A stretch of 50,296 bases of DNA, filler included, from Perkinsus olseni (taxonomy: Eukaryota), in NCBI GenBank assembly GCA_013115125.1. It is 2 parts of 2 records of this genome, joined end to end, with 100 filler letters (N's around TTAATTAATTAA, not from the genome) between each part and the next. Parts side by side here need not be neighbours in the genome. Positions count along the whole stretch, not along the records: positions 25,216 to 50,296 come from JABANN010000500.1; 1 more part is not named here. One strand, 5' to 3'. The translations under genes and the position numbers were made by a program. Positions 36,857 to 48,434 of this stretch are shown here, piece after piece. The notes beneath the pieces were generated by a model. It saw nothing but the letters and a program-made list of their open reading frames with translations. It was not told the DNA's origin and did not search any database. The stretch's first letter is position 1. Every line of letters begins with the position of its first letter.

Positions 36857-37978
36857 ATGCCCTCGTCGTCTAGATCCTCCAGCAGGAGTCGTTCCGTATC
36901 CGCCAGATCGGACTCCCGCAGTCGTAGTGCCTCCAATAGGAGAGGGAGGAGCGAGTCTCCTAGAGAGCGTCGTGACAGTGGTAGTATCATCAGTATGGGC
37001 TGCGACGCATTTCACTCACGGCGTATCATCACCCGACGACAGCAGCGTTTTGTATTCTTAGCAAATCCGCATGAAGATTGTGTCCTCAAATTTATACTAC
37101 GTTAAGGCTCTCGGATGATGGGTTTTTTACTGCATTTCACGATGCTTCCCAATTGCTTTGCCTGTGCTATTTGTAGGTGACGCGGAATCCCCCCATGGCG
37201 GTGCAGGCCCTGCGCCCCGTAGACGTGAGCGTAGCCGTTCTCGAACCCCTGGCGGAAGGGGTCCTTCCAGAGAGACCTCGTGTAGTCTTCTCACCAGGAA
37301 TTTGGTAATATCATACTATCCTAGCGCTGTATTTACTCGGCTTGTTGTTGCTGTCGCAGCCCTACGACTGCAATCCGATGATGCTGCGTGAGGCCTTCGA
37401 GAAGTATGGCGAGATCCGTGATGTCTACATACCTCTTGACTACTACTCGAGGCGTCCAAGAGGCTTTGGCTTCGTTGAGTTCTCGGATCCAAGGGATGCT
37501 GATGAAGCGAAGGCAGCTATGGACGGCAAACGTATTGGCGGCAATGCTATTGGTGAGCCTCACAGCCGACAACCTTGATAATAGTACCTCCCTTGTCAGA
37601 AGTGGAAATCGCTAAGGAGAGGCGGAAGTCTCCAAAGTCCATGAGAAGGATGGACGATGACTACAGAGGTATATGCCTACCATCCGGTCTTGATGTAACC
37701 GTTGGAATGGGGCTCAGGTCGGAAGGGAGGTTATGGTGGTGGCGGCGGGTATCGTGATGACTACTACAGAGGCGGTGGAGGCGGATACAGGTTCGTTAGT
37801 ACCACGATTGAGTGTATTGAAGTGGTTCTCGTAGGGAACGTGATTATTATGGTGGCCGCGGAGGCGGGAGAGGAGGCAGAAGTCGGAGTAGAAGCTATGA
37901 TCGTGACGATAGGTGAGCTGATGGTTTCTTGGCCCTCGTTCGCTTCAATATGGCGGTACGTGATACAGGGGGGGATGA
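36857..37978 (+). CDS. SR splicing factor (single RRM, SRSF10/SC35-like), paralog 2
   Basis: RS-rich N-terminus; SLLTRNL; YGEIRDVYIPLDYYSRRPRGFGFVEF; RGG/RS tail. Stop is at 37916, or 37978 if the last intron is spliced. Confidence 0.92.
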
Positions 37979-39242
37979 GAAGGAAGATAAGGAGAAAGCT
38001 AGTGAAGGCTGCTCCCTTGAGAAGGGTCGAGTCGAGAATCCTCCCGAAGCCACGTTTACTACAAGGCTTGTCTGGTCGAGTCGAGAAATTAGCGCCACTT
38101 ACCGAGTATTTACCAAGTAGAAGTCGTCTCAAGTTGAAGTCTCCTCCTCCTTATCTCCTACTGCCCCTCCTCCTGAATCTCTCGATTTCTGGAAGTCATG
38201 GCGGTAAGAAGCCAGCAGCATAGAAGATCTCTTACCCACTCGCCCCCACCTAGTTACAGTTGAACATTGTGGAGACACGACTCGTATGGCCGCAACTCAT
38301 CTCATCCATATGCTTCAGACGATCGAGATCCCGTGGTCGCGGCAGATATTAGAGAGGGTATGGTCAAGGACAGTGGTGGAGGACTACAGCGTCAGCTATA
38401 CCTCAATGACAGATTATGATGATAAATTACGATATCTTGGCGGTTTTGAGTTAGTTAATAACATTAATACATCGCTACATGCAGTCCCAACCATTATGCG
38501 GAAATGGTCGCAGCGGCAGTAGTCGATCATCCGTGGACTTCATTTATTAGTAACCCTCATCATGTACAACATGAGCTAATAAAGAAGGCTGAGATAATGC
38601 CAAGAGATGAGTCTCCCTTCACCACCCAACCTGGTGTGTGCTATTCATTGCAATCATGTGCTAAGTAGACAGCAGCATCTCCTCAGGCGGACCACTTAAT
38701 TTCGTAGTCTCGACAAATATATCAGATGACAGCTTCGTGTGCGACTCCCCGACGATTACCGCCCACCATTGCTGTGGATCATGCGGCTGTGGTAAGCAGG
38801 CGGGGCGAGCGAGAATCACATCCCCTATTCTGCACGTATGTGACATGACCATCTTCCTGTGACAGCAGAATAGACCTGCAACTCATCACTCCTGCCAACG
38901 TCCCCAATGCAAGCAAACTCAGCGCGGGTAGAAACATAACCGTTGTTGGTCGTTCCGATCTCTACACGAGCTCGGGAGCGATTAGCATCGCACAAGGGAT
39001 TACTTTAAGTTGCTTGTAATCGCACAAGCTTTGAAACCGTTAACAACAATTTGAATAGAATATACCACCTCAGCTATGTCGAAGATTTCACCCAGTACCC
39101 AATATAATTGGCCCGGATGTAGCGTATGTATCATCATCGGTGGAATAGTCGTATAGACAAATGTTGCGGTCTAAGGTTAAACAAAGACAAGCAACAATGT
39201 CCCCGAGAGGCACCCTTCTGGCGCGATTTGGCGGAAGAGTGG

Positions 39243-40736
39243 TATGACGCAATTTTTGTCTTCGGATTGTGTCATCGCATGTCCTCTTATCTCATCCGCA
39301 ATCCTACTAAACTGGTGTCTGCATCTTCGGGAGAACATCAGTAGCGGGGATTTTGGGGTAAATTACCTCTCCTGGTGGCGAAATCCTGAGGCGCGCGCAA
39401 CGGGCTACCGCCCTGAGTGTCACCCGTTTGTTTAGGGAATGGTGAAGCCGGCTCAATAGGACCCGAGGGGAAGGTCTATCCCGGTGTGATGATACCGGGT
39501 GGTAGTAATGGAGGTGTACCCGATTCCTTTCCTGGGGCTTTGGCAAACACACCCCATCCTGCATTCCGCTTCGCGAGGTGGGGAACAGCTTCTGCGAGAG
39601 TAAGCATTCGTACGTGACGTTAGGCCAGTGACAGACGTCCATGTAAGAGTGCTGGACGTAACGCATCCCGACCGAGCTATGATCAAATGGGATGCGAAGT
39701 TCCGATTGGGCCCACCTTTGGGAGAGGAAAGCGCGTGAGTTGCCGTGGTATCTTTAGTCGAAGATGTGATGAGGTAGACCTGCTGAGACGCCGGCAGAAG
39801 AGGGACTTGGCAGCGGTGATGGCATTGAAGGTGGCAGCAACGAGCTGCCGGGGGATCTCAAGCCGATCGGGGGCGAACTACCGGTTTTCCAGAAGTTCTG
39901 CTCGAAACTGAATAGACCCCATATGTGAGGAGCCACTGTTGGTATCCCCCTGCGTGAGTCTTCATACAGGTATAAAGTTACTGTCAATGCCGGTGGCGGG
40001 CACCCTCTTGATGAGACTCTACGGATGAAGGTACGCTACTTCGGTGTTCATTAGCATTATGCATGTGGAATTATTCAGGCTGGTATCTATCGAGTCATCA
40101 TGCTGGGCCCCACGCCGCACGGCTGCATGCACGGCAGCAACTGCGCTCATGCAGCACAAGTAAGGGAATCCTGCTGCTGCCGTAGAGAGGTCCTCCCTTC
40201 CAAGGTCCTCTGCCACCCATCACACGGAGTTCGGGCCTACGCAGGAGGGCATCATCATCCAGCTCCGCACCCTGGCATTCACAGCCACCTCCAACCTACA
40301 GGGCCCAGGATGAGCCCTTTCACGACCCGGGATGAGGCCATGCTCATCTCTCCCGAACCACTTCATAGAGCTGTGTAAAACAACCACTCACGAGTCACCG
40401 TATCCAAGTCCCCTGTGCAGGGTAACGCAGAGCCCGCCGGGGACAAGCTATGCTCAAACGTCCTCTTTTGCTGGGAAGGGTGAGGCCTACAATGGGGGTC
40501 ATGCTGTCGATGCTCCCTCGGGTGGCAACTGTGGATGCCCGGCGCGATTTGGGGTTGGGGATCCTCCGGAGATGGGCTCCAATTTCATGCCACCAACTGT
40601 GACCATCCAGAAGCTATCGCATTACAATGATTTCTTTTATGCTGTATGTATCGAGTTCTCTCAGGTGGTGGTATGTGCGGTGATAAGGTGGACCCCCCAG
40701 CAGCAGAGACACCATGCTTCCATCCCCCATCAGTGA
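39243..40736 (+). CDS. Hypothetical Gly/Pro-rich multi-exon protein
   Basis: Regular short GT-AG introns between open plus-strand segments; no recognised domain; boundaries uncertain. Confidence 0.3.
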
Positions 40737-40739
40737 CAA

Positions 40740-41567
40740 TTCATAAGGCTGAGGAGTACATGGGCTTCTTGTGATGCCCTCCCGAGTGTCGTTACCGCAG
40801 CATGTTGGGTCGAGTGCGTTTAAGTCCGTGGTGTGAGTGCCTTCGTATGAGTTGGTAAGTTGCATTGCTTTCTATATGTCAACCCACTCGAGGACTCAAG
40901 CCGGCAGGTTACTATGCAGAAACGGCATCGGGGAGGAAAGCCAACAACACACAACATGAGAATCTTCTTAGCAGCTCGCGTGGGGAAGGATGGTTGACTC
41001 AGCATGGACCTGTCACAAGAACGTCAGTACCAAAGTAACTCGTGACCATATCAGTCACAGTCTGGATCTGGAGACCAGGTGGCAGAGATGGCGGCTTCCT
41101 CGAGGATCTCGTCAACTGTTTCGATAGTACGGGAGGTTCTCCCTCCGCTGTCTCCAGAGCTGCTCCCTTCATCGCTTTCATATTGCTCTCAAGAGCCTTC
41201 CCGACCCACGCAGTGAGCTCCTGCCCTTTGGAGTTGGACAACTGTGCATCAACTTCATCCCTCGTAACGAAAGCTAGAGCCTCGATATCCTTCGAGGTGT
41301 GCAGTAGGAACTCTCTCGAGAACCTGTAACTTGGCGCCTGCGCCTTGCCCCAAGTGAAGGCTTCACTCATGAGTCGCCCTAACCAGGAGCTTTCCATCCG
41401 GGGTTCTATACATCTGACTGGGCTGAAGGTACCACAGGCCCAAAGCTAGCTTACCCCGCTCAGGCGCTGAGAAGCCGTTCATAACGAGGCATACTCAGCG
41501 CTTTGCTTACCATTCTTCCCGCTGCTACTACTGGAGTTGAGCTCCTTCGGAATATTGAGGACAACAT
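40740..41567 (-). CDS. Hypothetical protein with a possible mitochondrial presequence
   Basis: MLSSIFRRSSTPVVAAGRMVSK (Arg/Ser-rich, no acidic residues) spliced to the 132-aa ORF 40999-41397; 3' end approximate. Confidence 0.45.
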
Positions 41568-41697
41568 CGATGTGGTAGCCAGATTGGTGGACCCAGCACG
41601 AGGCCTTGCAGTCCGGTATGCAACATTCGAAAAGAGTGGCAAGCTTTGATGCTTGCGCCTGACAGAGGCGTAGTCAAGATGACACCTGCCTTCGAGC

Positions 41698-43702
41698 CTA
41701 CCTCTGAGTCTCCTCATTCACCCTGAATGTATTCATTCGCTCAGTGCTCGTCAGCAACCTGTGCATCACCGATCGCGCCTGATTCGCGGCGTCGGGAGTA
41801 TTCCACGCTGGCAGTGCAGCTGACCTCGGGGGTGAGCTGCTCGACACCGCTCAAGGACTCCATCTGGGCCACTTGTACAAGCTAGAGTACACCATTTCCA
41901 GACCTACTTAGTAAAACCCCAGAGCAATTTAATAAAGCCCAGACCAAATTAGTAAAACCCCAAAGCAATTTGATTTTATGAAAGACCAATTTGTTAAAGC
42001 CTAACAAAATCACTAACAAGTACGAAAAACTCACAACGTCGCCCTACATTGAGTAAGCCCTCCTTATTTTACAGATCGCGGGTTAGAGTCTAATCGTTGA
42101 ACATTCGAATTGAGCCTCCGACTGGCATGCCTTACATAGCTGAGCAACAAGGATACAATGTTAGGGCGTGATTGAAACAAAGATGCAAATTGTATACAAA
42201 GTTGCAGAGTAACCTCTTCAACCCCTTTTTGAAGCAACTTCTCACAGTACGGCAGGAGGTACTCTGCCTTCGCTCCACCGCCACTCATGGCCGGAGTCCC
42301 CGGGCCGGGAGGAGGGACGATCCAGATGCGTCTCGCGTGCCGACTAAATTGCTTTGGGGTTTTACTAATTTACTCTGGGCTTTATTGAATTGCTCTGGGG
42401 TTTTACTGATTTGGTCTGGGGTTTTACTAAGTAGGTCTGGAAATGGTGTAGAAGGGTCGAGGGTATCCATGCGTGATGAGACCTCAGTCACGAGCCTGTC
42501 AGCCAACCTGAATGATTCAAGGTAGATAAATAAGATGAAGAGGATCCAAGAGAGGTCCTACGCTGAGTAGGCACCGCAGCTATCTTGCCCGTCGGGAACG
42601 GACCGGACAAACTCCTCCACCAGAATCTGTACCGTACTGTCAGAGAGAGTGTCGGCTTCTCCAGTAGCGGCGGCAAGAAACCTCGCTATCGTCGAGAAAG
42701 CTGAGAGGTCGTATGGGAGGTCTGTGTATCGAGGGTAGGATTAGCCTCCCGCAAGTATCGTATGAAGTACACGACAAACTCAGGTAAGAGTATCTGAGCA
42801 GGGGGGTAGAATAATAGTAGAGGTGGGATAGCCTCACTCTGGGCCAGACTAGGGAGGGTGGTGAGCTCAGCAGGGCGGCGTAGGGCACACAATATCCATG
42901 CCAAGTGGAGGACATCAGTGGACGAAGGAGGGCTGCTCTTCAGGAGCTTCACCGTCTCTGAAACGGTGTCACACGATACACAGAAATGCTCAAGCTTCCC
43001 TCGTCCTGGGGTATCTCCAGGCGCGCTCATGAGCAGTTTATGACTACTAAAGCCGATCTCCAACATCTCATCAACGCTCGTGCAAATCGGCAGGGATTGG
43101 TGCACTTATCGTTAGAGCGGCCGGAGTGTCGCTATTCGTGATCTATATGTCGTGAAGTGGCGTTTGGCCTTCGTGATGCTTTTGTATAAAAGGAACTCCT
43201 GTGAGTTGTGTGCCGTTGGTGGATTGTTAAATTGCATATTAACCATTTTCAGCATGACTCTGCCACCACCGTTGTTGCCGTTTGACACAGACGTGAGCTA
43301 GGAAGCAGGCCCTTATGCAAACCACACCCCGGACGAGCCTATCAATAGTTGCATCTGCAATGCCATCGGGTCGTTGGACCACTAGCCGGAGCATGTGTAA
43401 ATTGTCGGCAAGCCGCTGTTGTGTCGACGATGCTTTGGCCGACTTGAGGGAGGAGACAATCTTGACAGCCGACAAGTGTACCAGCGGACGACAGTCACAC
43501 TACTACGCGCCTACATTGGAAAACCTATGCGCAAATTCATGCTGCGAAGTGTCCAATTCAAGGATATGAGGAGAGACTGTTGCTGGAGCTGTCGGTGTGC
43601 TGGACAACCTGAAGGTAGCGGGGTTCTGAGTAGGGGTGTAAGTGATGGCAGCACCTTCGGGCTAGAACCATCGGTGGCCATGTCATCATCCCCCTGCCCC
43701 AT
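41698..43702 (-). CDS. Hypothetical helical multi-exon protein (host of the TIR element)
   Basis: Spliceable exon series; LADRLVTE joins in frame to LVQVAQMESL across the element-containing intron. Confidence 0.45.
41890..42448. mobile_element. Non-autonomous TIR element with TA target duplication and 21-bp subterminal tandem repeats
   Basis: TA|CACCATTTCCAGACCTACTTAGTAAAACCCCAGA ... exact reverse complement|TA; (TAGTAAAACCCCAGAGCAATT)n arrays at both ends. Confidence 0.85.
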
Positions 43703-44288
43703 ACCGACAGACCACGACGCGAGAACATCATGACCCTCATAAGAACTACAAGTGCCGCGGATGCAGTGAATGAGGAGCATCGATCGTAGTCAAACCAGGG
43801 GTCTCGAACAAAAAAGACAGTTCTACAGTCAGGTCGGTATGTTTATCAGAACACACGTGGCTTGCACCCTATGCCATCGCTTCATCTCTACAGGGACGTG
43901 TAAGTGGTACCAGTGTGAGTACCACTCGAGTTGCTAGGGGGCAAGCACGTTGCATTCATCGTAGTTAGTTTGCTTTACTTCATCGTCATGCTACGGACTG
44001 GAGTACGGAAATACGCCCGTTAAGACGGAGATTGTCGAATAAAATACGCTCTCTTACACCCTCGAGGCTACACAACCAGTTCTGACCTAAACAACCCCGG
44101 CGATCATCAAAACCCTTCGTAGAGTTCCAGCTGCCAGTGCTATTGCCGCTACTACCAGCACTAACTCAACACTACAAGAAGACTTCCCTCTTACTATACA
44201 AAGAGTGCGCCAAAGATACTTCCAACTTAAACTGTGGACTATGAACAAACAGAGTAAATGACGATGAACCAAAGCAGGGAACGCTGAT

Positions 44289-45284
44289 TCAAGTCGTCTT
44301 CTTTTTGCTTCTCAAACTCGCCCTCGCATAACCGTATACGTCACTACTCCTCAGCAAACCAGCCGCTACTAGTCTCTTCAGACGGACTTTATCCTTGTAG
44401 TCCACGTCAACCAGTGGAATACCAATCTCCTTGCCGAACAGCTGGCGCACTCTCTGAGAGAAATCCTGAGGGTTCTCTCCCTGTTTCGGGGTCACTGGCG
44501 CCATAACGTGTACGTGCATCCTAGTGTACGGCTGAGCCATCATGCCGATAACAAACGTAATGATACTCCCATAGGACCAGTGAGGATCAAACATTTGACC
44601 TCGGACGAAGTCGGGATACCAGACAGCTACCGGTAAAACGGTTTTGCCAAGGCAGAAGGCCCCAGTATGGAAAGTGATCAAGCCCGTACCATTTGACGTC
44701 GTGCCCTCCGGAAACAGCAGCAAAGGCCTCAAATCCTCAGGGCTGACCACGTGAGCTTTGAGGAGCTCCGTCGTCGGTGTAGACTTCTTACCGACCAAAC
44801 GATTAACAAATATGCAATCCAAATATCGCATGCAATCTCCAATCAGAGGAGCCTTTTTGAGAGGAAATTTGCCAACGAAGGCCGGCAGGTATACCGAAAG
44901 AAGATAAAGTACTTCTACAAAGCTGATGTGATCCGCTACGATCACGTGGGACTTATTCGTGAGTTCCTCAGGTTTTGGTGCCGCCGGATCTGCACTGAGT
45001 TCCGGAATAACGCCAAGACAGAACACCGCGAACTTGCCCCAAAACCTCATCGCACCGAAGGCCAGGACGTCAGAATGCGTAAAGTGTCCGATATAGAAAA
45101 CGAGACCAGCAATGAGCATACTGGTGGCGAAGAGGAACAGTCGAATTGGCACCAAGACTACCCCGAGTACTACGCTTCGTACGAAGTAAAACCTCGACAT
45201 CGGGTATCGAAGGAAAGGCTCGGCCTTCCGCAGTACCTCCGGCACGTCTGCCTTGGTTAGCGGCGGTTTCGACGACTCCGGCAT
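44289..45284 (-). CDS. Lysophospholipid acyltransferase (LPCAT/LPEAT, PlsC family), intronless, 331 aa
   Basis: N-terminal transmembrane segment; DHISFVE (HX4D/E), IFVNR, LLFPEGTTSNG and FHTGAF motifs. Confidence 0.92.
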   Translation of the reverse strand: MPESSKPPLTKADVPEVLRKAEPFLRYPMSRFYFVRSVVLGVVLVPIRLFLFATSMLIAGLVFYIGHFTHSDVLAFGAMRFWGKFAVFCLGVIPELSADPAAPKPEELTNKSHVIVADHISFVEVLYLLSVYLPAFVGKFPLKKAPLIGDCMRYLDCIFVNRLVGKKSTPTTELLKAHVVSPEDLRPLLLFPEGTTSNGTGLITFHTGAFCLGKTVLPVAVWYPDFVRGQMFDPHWSYGSIITFVIGMMAQPYTRMHVHVMAPVTPKQGENPQDFSQRVRQLFGKEIGIPLVDVDYKDKVRLKRLVAAGLLRSSDVYGYARASLRSKKKTT

Positions 45285-45371
45285 TTGAGTTCAGAAGTCC
45301 CTGCATGACATCGTGGAGGTCACTATAGAAGATGAACTCAACAAAGAGTCATGCATGATACGGATTAATTA

Positions 45372-46813
45372 CTACAGATCCTCATCGGAATCGAAATCAT
45401 CCAATAGACTTGCAGTACCATCCGTGTTCCGACGCATTACTCTGTAGAACTCATCAAAGGAAATGCTACCATCCCCTAAGGTGTAGTCATCCGACTAGCC
45501 GTTGGTGATAGGCCGCCACTACCAGATCGATCAGCTTCCTCTATCATCTCCATCAACTCATCATCTGGTATGTTCTCACCCAGCTCCGTTGAAACTCTCT
45601 TAAGACTCCGGAAAGTTATTTTACCTGTACCCAACTGCTCGGTGCCCCTCGATAACTAAGTACAAAGATCGCGGATTTTACCCGTCACAGATTCCGATGT
45701 GATTGCTACGGATGGACTATTGGCGAGTGCTACGATATTCAATAGCAGATCAGAACCACCAAAGGCCCAGAGTTGCTGCCTACTGCTGCTACTACTATTC
45801 CCGCTGTCCATACACACGGCGTTACAGAACCTGGATGATCGAAGTGCACTACCAATGTTATCTTCATCGAACAGCTTGAATATCTTCATTATCTCCTCTC
45901 GTGAGTCTTTACTGGCCTGAGTGATGTGGTATGATGGTGGGTACGTGCTTCCTCGAGTTCGCTGTTGATTTAAAGGCCACTCCAATGAAGGCACCAGCTC
46001 GGAGGGAGCAGCTTGCACACTCAGTGGCGGCATGATGACACGCTACACACGAACTTAAGAGATAGCAGACGAGTACACAGGGGGCCTCATGTCCCGACAG
46101 CACCATCTTGAACGCTGTCGTCTACACTGACAATCGAGTGACGCTTGCTCATGTCCGAACCCATCATAGCAGTTGAAACGAATGCGGGTGAGACGGCGGT
46201 ACCCTGGACGGCCATTGAGATGCCCGACTCCTAGCTCCCTAGCTAATTGCAGTACTCTGTTTAAACATAGTGCACTACGAAACTTACACAAAAAAAGATG
46301 GGCTGGCTACATTCTCAGAGCACTGAGATGTCCTCCTCCCCTCGCCCTCTAGTACCATCTTAGGAGCCATCATATCACAGAATTCATCCAAGGTCACTGT
46401 CTGACTCGGATGTTTACCAACCTCAGCTAGCATGCGAGCTACCATATCCTTAGTAACCTGCATCACCATTCGCATGATCCATGTGAATGGACAGGACCCA
46501 ACTACATCCTCTAGCCCCAAGGCCCTCATAGCTGCCTTCATCTCTCGAGCGTCGATGCAACCAGAGTTGTCGCTATCGAACAAAGCAAAGGCCTCTCGAA
46601 CCTGACCATTCATGCCCGGTACAACGACACGGTCGTGTTCACCAGCTACCTCTTCAAGCTGATCCTGAGTCAAACTTCTCTTTCCATCCAACGGTCGCTT
46701 CGGCGGCCCCCCACGAGAAGACTTTTGGACACCACCTGCTCCAAGATAGTGTCTGCCTACCGAAACAGTTGCTTCACTCTACCTCTCAGTGCTGCAGCAT
46801 AGGACCTAGGCAT
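45372..46813 (-). CDS. Centrin/caltractin (EF-hand protein), multi-exon
   Basis: [92 protein letters not shown]. Confidence 0.92.
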
Positions 46814-47066
46814 CACGACAGCAAAGGCCCTGTGAAGTTACTAATTGATATCACCATACTCAAGTCCATGAGAATTCACTAGACATCAGCCATTGTAATG
46901 ACAGTAACTATAAATACAATTAGGTTCACCTGATAACAGGCAAAAATGCAGAAGAGTCAATAGGAGCTTGGTAGTAGGAGGTAGTATGATAATCAATGTC
47001 GCACCCCCGATTCCGTGGCCGACAAAGATTGATCATCACATCATCATCTTCATTCCATACCACAGT

Positions 47067-48050
47067 TTAATATATTTGTCCAGATAGACTCTTCCACTGC
47101 TTGAAGACATTTTCACATTCATCAACAGCACAGCCCCAAGCGGTAGTCAGATCACGGTCCTCAGCCTTCAAGGCGAGCTGCTGCCTCTGATAGCAGGCCT
47201 CGGACTCATCAGCAGCACGCTCAGAGTAGAACAACTTCGAGATACGAGCCCACAGGCAAGCACAATGAGAGAAGACATCAGGCTGGGTACTGGCATACCT
47301 AACAAACCAGAGACAATAACACTCAAAGAGATCCACCTGCGAAAACCTACACTTTGCATCCAGTGAGTTCATGAGTGCCGAGAGTTATGGCGGCCATCCT
47401 GATGGCTCGGACCATGGGAGTATCCAAAGCATCACCACGGTCAGATCCACGGGAGAGGCTATCACCGACGAGCTCACCAACAGCAGAGACAACAAGAACG
47501 TGTGAGTGGGAAGTGAGCTGAGGCAAGAATCGTGAATAACAACAAAAGGCTGAGATGTCACTACCTTAGCCATCCACTTCTCATCCTCCTCAGTCTTGGT
47601 AGGGTTTACTGGCATCATGGTACCCGACTCGGGACCGGCAAACTCGTCATAGAATGCCTTATCATCAAAGCCGAATCGAGCAGCACAATAACGATCAGCA
47701 CCAACATACATGACCTTAAGGCCGCTAGCCATGATAGCACCCCAGCACATGGGGCAAGGCTCACAGGTGGTGTACAGGACACAATCAGAGAGCTCAGATC
47801 GGCCAAGATGACGGACAGCATGACGGATAGCGTTGACCTCAGCATGGCAGGTAGGGTCCTTACTGTAGAGGACAGTGTTATGAGCACAACTGATGGGCAT
47901 ACCATCACGGACGACAGAAGCACCGAAAGGGCCACCATGGCGAAGGATAACACCGGCGTTGGCACTCATGCAGGCTGCCGTCATGAAGCATTCATCTACT
48001 TTAGTGACGGTGAGCTTGGACGAAGAAGTCTGTTGTTGTTCGGACGACAT
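47067..48050 (-). CDS. Guanine/guanosine deaminase-like protein (CDA superfamily) with a second, degenerate CDA domain; exons 48050-47565, 47517-47351, 47298-47067
   Basis: GGPFGA, DPTCHAEVNAIR, CEPCPMC and GFDD motifs; the second domain lacks Zn ligands; ends ...W.SLSGQIY*. Confidence 0.88.
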
Positions 48051-48434
48051 AGTGTGGAATGAGAGGGAAAACGGAGAGTCTATGATGAGAGCTTGAGACT
48101 ACTGCTATGACTACTACCACTATAACGTTAATGACTGTATGCTTGGTACGCAGGGATAAGCTTAGTATCTTAGTGCTAGTAGCAACAACACTCAGCGACC
48201 AAATCGATCATGTTGGCGTACGCTACTGACACTACCATAAACTAGCTAATATCCATCTAGTCGAAAAGTTATGGTCCTTATTATCTTTTGGCTCAACCAA
48301 AGCTGGGGTGCAGTGAGTGTGAGAGTACTAATCTGATGAGGGCTGTAACCCAGTGCCTTCTCAAAGACACAGGCATAATGGTTAATGAATCAACATCAGC
48401 AGCATACAAGTTGTATAAGTAAGAACGAGTAGGT

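Noticed and set aside
38286-39100. Short ORFs between the SR genes and the next gene
   Set aside because: No motifs or consistent exon chain; may be decayed sequence.
41890-42010. 21-bp tandem repeats as a CRISPR array
   Set aside because: No unique spacers, eukaryotic context, and the repeats are part of TIRs.
44751-45260. Antisense ORFs over LPCAT (also 47532-48062, 12940-13437 and 29503-29943)
   Set aside because: Shadow frames of genuine genes on the opposite strand; no motifs.
48280-48300. TTTTGGCTCAA as a relic spliced leader (also GAGCCATTTTTGGCT near 9146)
   Set aside because: Partial matches, on the wrong strand or in the wrong position relative to any start codon.
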